Source of the DNA: Paucibacter soli
GTDB taxonomy: Bacteria > Pseudomonadota > Gammaproteobacteria > Burkholderiales > Burkholderiaceae_C
Reading direction: 5' to 3'
Length of the DNA stretch: 24,000 bases
Assembly (NCBI RefSeq): GCF_037482845.1
Contig: NZ_JBBHJW010000002.1
Coordinates: 163,923-187,922 of the forward strand
The translations under genes and the position numbers were made by a program. Each line of letters opens with the position of its first letter. Positions within the stretch are counted from its first letter, which is position 1. This document shows positions 1 through 6,659 of the stretch, piece by piece. The notes beneath the pieces were generated by a model, which saw nothing but the letters and a program-made list of their open reading frames with translations, was not told where the DNA came from and did not search any database.

Positions 1-1
1 G

Positions 2-328
2 CTGGACGCCGAGCGCGCCCTGCGGCCGCCGCTCACCGTGGCGGTGCTGGCGCGCATCGACCTGGGCCACCCCCAGGTGCCGGCGCATGAGCAATGGGCC
101 GCCGTGGGCGGTGCGTTGGCGCAGTTCCTGACGGCCGCGCATCTGCTAGGTTATGGAGGCAAGATGCTCAGCGGCGCCAAGGTGCGCAATGCCGAGATCG
201 CCGCCGCCTTCTCTTCCCCCGGCGAGACCCTGCTGGGATGGATCGCCCTGGGCACGCCGGCCAAGCGGGCCAGCGGCCCCTCGCGCAAGGCGGGCGTGGA
301 CGTGGCGCTGCAGGAGTGGCGGGGCTGA
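2..328 (+). CDS. nitroreductase-fold family protein, C-terminal fragment (5' end outside window)
   Basis: The frame of the 38..328 ORF stays open back to the window edge. The C-terminal sequence (LLGYGGKMLSG...ETLLGWIALGTP) resembles the conserved C-terminal region of NAD(P)H nitroreductase-fold proteins. Codons are GC3-rich like the neighbouring genes. Confidence 0.55.
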   Translation: MDAERALRPPLTVAVLARIDLGHPQVPAHEQWAAVGGALAQFLTAAHLLGYGGKMLSGAKVRNAEIAAAFSSPGETLLGWIALGTPAKRASGPSRKAGVDVALQEWRG

Positions 329-1546
329 TCAGGCCTGTAGCGCTTGTTCCATCAGTTCGGCGTAGTGGCAGATGCTGCCACGGCCGCGCCGCTTGCCCTC
401 GTACAGCGCCAAATCGGCCAGACGCAGCAGTTCCTCGTGCAGGCTGGCGTCGCTGGGGAAGAATGCCAGGCCCACGCAGGCCGAGATGCTGACGCTGCGG
501 GGCGCGCCTTGCGTGCCTTGCGTGCTGAGAGCGATCGGCTCCTGCAGCAGGGCCAGCACGCGCCGCATGATCTGCGTGGCCTCGTCGGCATGCTCAAGCT
601 GATTCAGCAGGATCACGAACTCGTCGCCGCCCAAGCGCGCCACCGTGTCGTTGCCACGCATGCATTGCGCCAGGCGGCGTGCCACCACGCGTAGCACCTC
701 GTCGCCGGCGGCATGGCCGAGGTGGTCGTTCACCGGCTTGAAGCCGTCCAGGTCCAGATAGCACAGCGCCATCGCGCGCGCCTCGCGCTGCGCCAGCGCG
801 AGCGCTTGCGGCAGCCGGTCCATCAGCAGCAGCCGGTTCGGCAGGCCGGTGAGCGCGTCGTGGTAGGCGTAGTGCTCCATCTCGGCATGGGTCTGCTTGA
901 ACGCCGTGATGTCCTGCACCGTGCCATGCAAGCGCCGCACCCGGCCCCTGGCATCAAGGGCCGCCTCGCCGCAGATATGCACCCAGCGCCGCGCGCCATC
1001 CTCGCGCTGCAGCTCGGCATCGCATTGGTAGGGCGTGCCGTCGCGCAGGCAGCGTTCCACGCAGGCCGACAGCAGGGCCCAGCTCGCGGGGCTGAAGTAA
1101 CGCTGAACTTCCGGATAGCCGGCCGGTCCGGCCGCCGGGTCGCGTCCATAGAGCCGATAGATCTGGGCCGACCAGTAATGCTTGTCGAGCTGGCAATCCC
1201 ATTCCCAGTTGCCCATGCCCGCCAGGTACTGGACCTTGCGCAACTCGGCCTCGCGCCTGGCCAGCTGGCGGTTGCTGCGGTAGACCAGGGTGGCGGCCAG
1301 GGCGATGGCGAAGATCGCCAGCGCGGCCAGCCCGACCAGCAGCACCGCCTCCGCCATGCCGCTGCCCGTGCAATCGGTCGCCAGTCCGGCACATGCAGGC
1401 GTGCGTGCCTGCTTGATGGCCAGCAGGGTCATGGCCAGTATCAGCAGGGCGATCATGGCCACCGTCAGCACATAGCCGATCGGCCTTGGCCGCGGGTCTG
1501 CCCTCGGCATCAGGGATGCCGGGCCGCGCTCTCTTGTGTCTTGCAT
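329..1546 (-). CDS. membrane-anchored PAS-GGDEF diguanylate cyclase
   Basis: 405 aa with an ATG start. Two hydrophobic helices (IGYVLTVAMIALLILAMTLLAI and AVLLVGLAALAIFAIALAATLVY) flank a loop of about 22 aa. A PAS-like segment follows (GNWEWD...RWVHICGEA...GTVQDIT). The GGDEF domain has an intact active site (RLGGDEFVILL) and an RxxD I-site five residues upstream (RGND). Confidence 0.9.
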   Translation of the reverse strand: MQDTRERGPASLMPRADPRPRPIGYVLTVAMIALLILAMTLLAIKQARTPACAGLATDCTGSGMAEAVLLVGLAALAIFAIALAATLVYRSNRQLARREAELRKVQYLAGMGNWEWDCQLDKHYWSAQIYRLYGRDPAAGPAGYPEVQRYFSPASWALLSACVERCLRDGTPYQCDAELQREDGARRWVHICGEAALDARGRVRRLHGTVQDITAFKQTHAEMEHYAYHDALTGLPNRLLLMDRLPQALALAQREARAMALCYLDLDGFKPVNDHLGHAAGDEVLRVVARRLAQCMRGNDTVARLGGDEFVILLNQLEHADEATQIMRRVLALLQEPIALSTQGTQGAPRSVSISACVGLAFFPSDASLHEELLRLADLALYEGKRRGRGSICHYAELMEQALQA

Positions 1547-1653
1547 ACCTGGATCCCGTCGGGCCAGGTCCCTGTGCTTCTAGCTCTTTGCTTGCAGGCT
1601 ACGCCCGCAAATGCGCGGCAAACTTGTTCTTGGTCAAGCTCGGATGCCGGTAC

Positions 1654-2034
1654 CTATTTCGGCAGGCTCAGCGTGACGCTGAGCTTGACCGTTTGCCGGG
1701 ATTTGTTGCTCCACATCCAGCAATAGTCCTGCGCGCCGTCCACCACCAGGCTGCCCTGCTCCTGACTCGATTGCTCGACGCGCGCCGGGTAGCGCACCTC
1801 CTTGCCGAGGTGGTAGTGGATGTTGAAGTTCAGCGCCTGGTCCGACTGGTAGTTCCAGTTCACCGTCTGGCCGGCTTGCAGCGGGCCGCAGATCTCGGCG
1901 AACTTGCCGGGCGCCAGGCTCAGCTGGCGCTCGAAACGGCCCGTATCGCCCCAGCCGATCTCGATCAGCTCGGCGTGCGCCAGGCCGGCCAACGCCAACG
2001 CCAAGCCGGCGCCCATCGCAGCACGCGCCCTCAT
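1654..2034 (-). CDS. exported hypothetical protein, last gene of the copper operon
   Basis: 126 aa. It has a Sec-type signal peptide (MRARAAMGAGLALALAGLAHA|ELIE). Its ATG overlaps the upstream CusF-like stop as ATGA (2031-2034). GC3 is high. The mature part is rich in beta-strand pattern, with 2 Cys and an HYH motif. I recognise no family. Confidence 0.7.
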   Translation of the reverse strand: MRARAAMGAGLALALAGLAHAELIEIGWGDTGRFERQLSLAPGKFAEICGPLQAGQTVNWNYQSDQALNFNIHYHLGKEVRYPARVEQSSQEQGSLVVDGAQDYCWMWSNKSRQTVKLSVTLSLPK

Positions 2035-2336
2035 GGCAGCAGCTGCAACTCGGTCACCACCATGCCGGCGGCGGAGCGTTCGGCGGCGAAGCGGACCTTG
2101 GCGCCGACCTTGAGCTTGTCGAACCAGGCCGGGTCCTTGAGCCGGAACACCATGGTCATCGGCGGCATGTCCAGGTTCTTGATCTCCCCATGCTTGAGGG
2201 TGATCTTCTGGTTCTCCTTGTCGATCTTGCGCACCTCGCCCTCGCTCAGTTCGGCCGCCAGGGCGGACAGGGCGGGCAGGAATAGGGCGCCTGCCAGCAG
2301 CAGCGCGAAGGGGCGGCGTCTTGTCATGGTCATCAT
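2031..2336 (-). CDS. CusF-like periplasmic Cu(I)/Ag(I)-binding protein
   Basis: 101 aa with a signal peptide (…LPALSALA|AE). The CusF-type motif is present: KITLKHGEIKNLDMPPMTMVF, giving the His plus M-x-M ligands, with Met in place of the E. coli CusF Trp. Its start overlaps the cupredoxin stop as ATGA (2333-2336). Confidence 0.85.
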   Translation of the reverse strand: MMTMTRRRPFALLLAGALFLPALSALAAELSEGEVRKIDKENQKITLKHGEIKNLDMPPMTMVFRLKDPAWFDKLKVGAKVRFAAERSAAGMVVTELQLLP

Positions 2337-2818
2337 TTGTTCACCTGTATCTTGCCCACCATGCCGGCCTGGTAATGGCCGGCGATCAGGCAGGCGAAAT
2401 CGAATTCGCCGGCGCGGTTGAAGGTCCAGATTATCTCGGCCTGCCGGCCGGCCGGCACATGGGCCATATAGGGCTCGTCATGCTCCATGTCCGGAAATTT
2501 GAGCATCAGCGCGGCATGCGCGTCGAGCTCCGCCTTGGTGCCCAGCACGAACTCGTGCAGCATCGCGCCCTCGTTCTTCAGCACGATGCGCAGGGTCTCG
2601 CCGCGCCGCACCTGCAGGCGCGCGGGCGTGAAGCGCATGTTATCGCTCATCACGAAGCGCACCGTGCGCGTCGCGGCCTTAGGGTCGGCTGCGATGCCCC
2701 AGGCTTTCTGTTCCTTGCGCAGTGCGCCGGCATGCTGTTCGGCGCCATGGGCTTGTGCACAAGATGCGCCCAGGCTCAGCAGCATGGCGACGGCCCAGGC
2801 CTTGATGTCAATGGCCAT
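2333..2818 (-). CDS. periplasmic cupredoxin family copper protein (CopI-like)
   Basis: 161 aa with a signal peptide (…LGASCAQA|HG). The C-terminal type-1 copper pattern C-x4-H-x4-M is present (FACLIAGHYQAGM), with an upstream His (MLHEF). A His/Met-containing segment (FPDMEHDEPYMAH) is also present. It resembles the CopI cupredoxin described in Rubrivivax gelatinosus. Its ATG lies inside the last codons of the oxidase gene (11-nt overlap). Confidence 0.8.
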   Translation of the reverse strand: MAIDIKAWAVAMLLSLGASCAQAHGAEQHAGALRKEQKAWGIAADPKAATRTVRFVMSDNMRFTPARLQVRRGETLRIVLKNEGAMLHEFVLGTKAELDAHAALMLKFPDMEHDEPYMAHVPAGRQAEIIWTFNRAGEFDFACLIAGHYQAGMVGKIQVNK

Positions 2819-4184
2819 GATGTCCTCCGCTTGGTTTGCGAATCTGCACCTCGACGCCGCCGGCGGGCTGGGGCAAGGCCGGCCGCGCCGGCTCGGCCAG
2901 CGGCCCCTGCCATTCGTAGGCCAGGCTGCCGGGCGGATGCTTGAACCAGCCGGGGTCGCTGTAGTCGCCCGGTTTCTGATCCTTGCGCACCTTCAGCATG
3001 CTGAACATGCCGCCCATGGCCACCGGACCGAAGGGGCCGCTGCCGGCCATCATCGCCGCGGTGTTGTCGGGCAGGGGCATTTCCATCTCGGTCATGTCGT
3101 GCATGCCGCGCTCGCCCATCACCATGTAGTCGGGCACCAGTTGCGTGATCTTGCGCGCCAGCTGGCGGTGGTCCACGCCAATCATGGTGGGCAGGTCGTG
3201 GCCCATCGCGTTCATGGTGTGGTGGCTCTTGTGGCAGTGCAGGGCCCAGTCGCCTTCCTCGTCGGCAATGAAGTCCAGCTGCCGCATCTGGCCCACCGCT
3301 ACATCGGTGGTGACCTCGGGCCAGCGCGCGCTCCTGGGTACCGGGCCGCCATCGGTGCCGGTGACCGTGAACTCATGGCCGTGCAGATGGATGGGATGGT
3401 TGGTCATGGTGAGGTTGCCGACGCGGATGCGCACCTTCTCGCCCTGGCGCGCCACCAGCGGCGCGATGCCCGGGAACACGCGGCTGTTCCAGCTCCAGAG
3501 ATTGAAGTCCAGCATCGTCATGATCTTGGGCGTGGCGCTGCCGGGCTCGATGTCGTAGGCGTTCAGCAGGAACACATAGTCGCGGTCCACCGTGTCGATG
3601 AGCGGATGCTTCCCCTTGGGATGGGTGATCCACAAGCCCATCATGCCCATCGCCATCTGCACCATCTCGTCGGCATGCGGGTGGTACATGAAGGTGCCCG
3701 GGCGGCGCGCCACGAACTCGTAGACATAGGTCTTGCCGGGCGCAATCGGCGCCTGGGTCAGGCCGCTGACGCCGTCCATGCCGCAGGGCAGGCGCTGGCC
3801 ATGCCAGTGCATGCTGGTGACCTCGGGCAGCTTGTTGGTGACGAAGATGCGCACCCGGTCGCCCTCCACCACCTCGATGGTGGGGCCGGGACTCTGGCCG
3901 TTATAGCCCCACAGGTGGGCCTTGAAGCCGGGCGTCATCTCGCGCACCACCGGCTCGGCCACCAGATGGAATTCCTTCACCCCGCCGCTGCCCATGCGCC
4001 AGGGCAGGGTCCAGCCGTTCAGCGTGACGACAGGGTTGTAGGGCCGGCCGCTGGCGGGCTGCAGCGGCGGCTGGGTGTCGGGCGAGGTCTGGGTGACGGG
4101 TTCGGGCAGGGCGGCCATCGCCACCTTGCTGACCGTGCCGACCGCAAGCGCCGCACCGCCGAGAAAGTTTCTGCGGGAAACCAT
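2808..4184 (-). CDS. Tat-exported multicopper oxidase (apparently two-domain) with Met-rich C-terminal extension
   Basis: 458 aa. Twin-arginine signal: MVSRRNFLGGAALAVG. All four MCO copper motifs are present: HWHG (126-129), HPH (168-170), HPIHLH (263-268), and HCHKSHHTMNAM (316-327). A methionine-rich stretch holds 11 Met in residues 354-396. The C-terminal tail is GGHHGH. Confidence 0.9.
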   Translation of the reverse strand: MVSRRNFLGGAALAVGTVSKVAMAALPEPVTQTSPDTQPPLQPASGRPYNPVVTLNGWTLPWRMGSGGVKEFHLVAEPVVREMTPGFKAHLWGYNGQSPGPTIEVVEGDRVRIFVTNKLPEVTSMHWHGQRLPCGMDGVSGLTQAPIAPGKTYVYEFVARRPGTFMYHPHADEMVQMAMGMMGLWITHPKGKHPLIDTVDRDYVFLLNAYDIEPGSATPKIMTMLDFNLWSWNSRVFPGIAPLVARQGEKVRIRVGNLTMTNHPIHLHGHEFTVTGTDGGPVPRSARWPEVTTDVAVGQMRQLDFIADEEGDWALHCHKSHHTMNAMGHDLPTMIGVDHRQLARKITQLVPDYMVMGERGMHDMTEMEMPLPDNTAAMMAGSGPFGPVAMGGMFSMLKVRKDQKPGDYSDPGWFKHPPGSLAYEWQGPLAEPARPALPQPAGGVEVQIRKPSGGHHGH

Positions 4185-4193
4185 GGGCTTCTT

Positions 4194-5591
4194 TCAGTGG
4201 CCACCGCTGTCAGCGGCGGCGGGTGTGGCGGTGATTGCGCCGGCCCGGGCGAGGCCTGGCTTGCCCAGCAGGGCCTGGTCCAGATCGGCCTTGGCGAGCC
4301 AGAAATCGCGCTGCGCGTCGATCGCTGCAGCCACGCTGGCGATCTGCGCGCGCGTGTCGGCCAGCAGCTCGAACACGCCGATCAGCATGCCGTTGTAGCG
4401 CAAGAGGTTTTCCTCGGCGATGCGCTGGCGCAGCGGCACCAGTTCCTGCCTGTGATGCTGGGCGATGGCATGGGCGGAGCGGTAATTGCCATAGGCCTCG
4501 CGCAGCTCCGAGCGGGCGTTGATGGCGGTCTCGGCGACGCGCTCCAGCGCCTGCAGATACTGGCTCTCTGCGCGCGCCACGCGCGCCTGGCCCCAGTCGA
4601 ACAGCGGCAGCTCCAGGCTCAGCTCCCAGCCGCGCTGGGTGGGCGCCAGGTTCGAGCTGTTGCGCACCAGGCCCAGCTCCAGCACGTTCACCATGCGCGT
4701 TACGCGGCTCAGGCCCAGCTGTCGCGCCAGCGCCTCGCTGGCCAGCCGGGCGCCCTGCACATCGAGGCGCCGGGCCATGCCGATGCGCTCGATCTCTGGC
4801 AGCTCGTCGGCCTGGGCGGGCAGATCGGGCAGGCGCTCGGGCAGGGCAAAGCTCGCTGCCTGCTCGCCCCACAGGCCCAGCTGGCGGGTCAGGCGTTCGC
4901 GTGCGCTGCGCTGCAGCTGTTCGGCGCGCGCCAGCCCCAGCGCGGCGTCGGCATAAAAGCCCTGCTCACGGGCGCGCTGCAGCGCGCTGAAGTTGCCCAC
5001 CTGGGCCATGCGGCGCGCCAGCTCGGCGCCGGCCTCGGCGGCCTCCATCACCTGGGCGGCATAACGCCGCGCTTGTTCGGTGGCGACCGCTGCTATCCAG
5101 GCCTTGCGCGTCTCGGCCGCCAGGCTCAGCACCTCCAGGGCAACGCGCTGCTTGCTCTGCTCGAAGCGCCGCGCCTCGAGCTGGCCGGTCCAGGGCAGGG
5201 CCAGCAGCCTGGCCAGGTTGAGGTGCAGGCCGCGTTCGATCTCATGCTCGTCGCCGCGCTGCAGGCTGGCCAGGCTGATGCCCGGGTTGGGCAGGCGGCC
5301 GGCCTGCACAAAGTCCGCTTCGCCGATGCCCAGTTCAAAGAAGCTGGCCTGCAGGCCGCGGTTGTTGAGCAGGGCCAGCTGCACCGCGGCCTCGGCGTCC
5401 AGCGGCTGCGCCAGCAGCTCGGCCACGCGCTGGCGGATTGCGGCGCGCTCGGCCTCGCTGCGCGCCCAGCGCAGCTCCTTGTCCAGATGGTTGCGGGCGC
5501 TCTGCTGCACCGGGCCGAAGCCGCCATCGGCGCTGAAACCGGCGCAGCCGCCCAGCAGGGCCAGGCTCAAAAGCAGGGGCAGGCCTCTCAT
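4194..5591 (-). CDS. outer-membrane efflux factor lipoprotein, TolC/NodT (CusC-like) family
   Basis: I chose the internal ATG at 5591 (cat at 5589-5591), giving 465 aa that begin MRGLPLLLSLALLGGC (lipobox LLGGC). The rest of the protein shows the two-repeat coiled-coil/beta-barrel sequence style of outer-membrane factor (OMF) proteins. The 116-aa upstream extension in the ORF track is Arg/Gly/Pro-rich junk and overlaps the better upstream ORF. Confidence 0.85.
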   Translation of the reverse strand: MRGLPLLLSLALLGGCAGFSADGGFGPVQQSARNHLDKELRWARSEAERAAIRQRVAELLAQPLDAEAAVQLALLNNRGLQASFFELGIGEADFVQAGRLPNPGISLASLQRGDEHEIERGLHLNLARLLALPWTGQLEARRFEQSKQRVALEVLSLAAETRKAWIAAVATEQARRYAAQVMEAAEAGAELARRMAQVGNFSALQRAREQGFYADAALGLARAEQLQRSARERLTRQLGLWGEQAASFALPERLPDLPAQADELPEIERIGMARRLDVQGARLASEALARQLGLSRVTRMVNVLELGLVRNSSNLAPTQRGWELSLELPLFDWGQARVARAESQYLQALERVAETAINARSELREAYGNYRSAHAIAQHHRQELVPLRQRIAEENLLRYNGMLIGVFELLADTRAQIASVAAAIDAQRDFWLAKADLDQALLGKPGLARAGAITATPAAADSGGH

Positions 5592-5884
5592 GGCGTGCCG
5601 ACTCCGCGTGGCGCCGAGGCCGGGCTGGCCGCAGACGCGGGCTGGGCTGGCTGGGCCGCCTCGCGCGCATAGGCACGCCAGCCGCCGTTGCGCAGCACCT
5701 GCTCGTTGGCCGCGCGCCAGGGCGTGGCGGGGGCTTCGTCGAAGCGGCGGTAGGCGTCCAGTGCCTTGGGCGCCACGGCCCCGGGCACGCGGGCCTGCGC
5801 GTCCGCCGGGTCGCCGGGCTGGGCCAGTGCCTGCAGGCTGCAGCCCAGCAGTGCTATCCATACGGGTCGCTTTTTCAACAACAT
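5588..5884 (-). CDS. small exported hypothetical protein, first gene of the copper operon
   Basis: 98 aa. The N-terminal signal MLLKKRPVWIALLGCSLQALAQP could be a lipobox (LLGC) or an SPase I site (ALA|QP). GC3 is high. Its stop overlaps the OMF start as ATGA (5588-5591). It sits directly downstream of the MerR-style promoter. I recognise no family. Confidence 0.55.
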   Translation of the reverse strand: MLLKKRPVWIALLGCSLQALAQPGDPADAQARVPGAVAPKALDAYRRFDEAPATPWRAANEQVLRNGGWRAYAREAAQPAQPASAASPASAPRGVGTP

Positions 5885-5908
5885 GTCCGCACTCTAAGTG
5901 AAGCCACG

Positions 5909-5939
5909 ATGCTCGGGCTTGCCATCGGGGCAAGGTCAA
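5909..5939 (-). promoter_or_regulatory. MerR/CueR-type promoter-operator candidate for the copper operon
   Basis: The minus strand reads cTTGACCTTGCCCCGATGGCAAGCCCGAGCATcgtgg. This gives a -35 TTGACC (5934-5939), a 19-bp spacer, and a -10-like GAGCAT (5909-5914). The dyad CTTGCC-N5-GGCAAG sits in the spacer. Its centre has the same offset from the -35 as the CueR dyad of E. coli PcopA (TTGACCTTCCCCTTGCTGGAAGGTTTAACCT, quoted from memory). Confidence 0.45.
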
Positions 5940-6049
5940 GCGCCGTTGGCCTACAGCCCCAGTGCCTCCTCCGTTTCGCGCGGCGCAGGCTCAGGCGGGG
6001 GTGTGGGCTGGCCGGGCGGATGCTGCTGGCCAGGTGAAACTCGGCCGCC

Positions 6050-6595
6050 TCAGGTGAGCGGGCGCGTCAGGTCCCGGACGACGGTGGGCCCGACGCGCTG
6101 CTCGATCTCGCGTAGCAAGGCCTGACCCCAGCCGAGTGCGAACATGGCCTCGGCCACCACGAACATCGGGCCCACCAGCAGGCCCACGAGATCGTCGACG
6201 AAGGCGGGTTTCCTGCCCTCGTAGTAATGGCCGATGAACTGGATGATCCAGCCCAACGCAAAGGCGCTGACGCCCCAGCCCAGCCAGGCGCCCGCGCTGC
6301 CTGTGGCGAAGGGCTCGGCCAGCGCCATCAGGAGGCCGTTGACGGCACTCACCGCCAGGCCCAGCGGCAGATTGCCGCGCGTCAGATACCAGAGGGTGCT
6401 GGCGCCCCACAGCAGCCAGGCGGCGCTGAGCGCATAGCCGGCCAGCTCGAACTGGGCGCGCGCCAGCAGGATGCCGATCGCGAACACGATCAGCGGGATG
6501 CCGACGAAATGGGTGGCGATATTGCGGCGGTCGCGGTGGTAGGCCGCGTACTGGGCCATCAGCTCGGTGGCGGAGCGCAAGGGGCTGGCTGCCAT
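6050..6595 (-). CDS. DUF962 / Mpo1-like integral membrane protein
   Basis: 181 aa. The N-terminal pattern YAAYHRDRRNIATHFVGIPLIVFA and the later GHYYEGRKPAF are typical of the YGL010w/Mpo1-like family. Several hydrophobic helices are present. Confidence 0.75.
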   Translation of the reverse strand: MAASPLRSATELMAQYAAYHRDRRNIATHFVGIPLIVFAIGILLARAQFELAGYALSAAWLLWGASTLWYLTRGNLPLGLAVSAVNGLLMALAEPFATGSAGAWLGWGVSAFALGWIIQFIGHYYEGRKPAFVDDLVGLLVGPMFVVAEAMFALGWGQALLREIEQRVGPTVVRDLTRPLT

Positions 6596-6659
6596 GATGA
6601 TGTCTCCGGTGCGGTGGATGTGTTGATGTTAGGACGAAGGCGGTCTTGCTGAAGTCAAA

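Noticed and set aside
1547-1653. Possible terminator or promoter between the copper operon and the GGDEF gene (imperfect hairpin GCCCGCAAATGCGCGGC; TTGACC followed by a 19-bp spacer on the minus strand)
   Set aside because: The hairpin needs a bulge and has no U-tract. The TTGACC has no acceptable -10 partner and no dyad. The evidence is insufficient to call either feature.
2487-5672. 1061-aa plus-strand ORF spanning the whole copper region
   Set aside because: It lies antisense to four genes with unmistakable motifs (MCO copper ligands, Tat signal, cupredoxin site, OMF lipobox). Its translation is Ala/Gly/His/Arg/Leu low-complexity sequence with no domain-like features. This is typical of stop-codon-poor shadow frames in ~70% GC DNA.
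5592-5939. Long N-terminal extension of the OMF ORF (581-aa version starting at 5939)
   Set aside because: The extension is Arg/Gly/Pro/Ala-rich and would bury the lipoprotein signal internally. It also occupies the same DNA as the better 98-aa ORF and the promoter-like element. The internal ATG at 5591 gives a canonical lipobox N-terminus.
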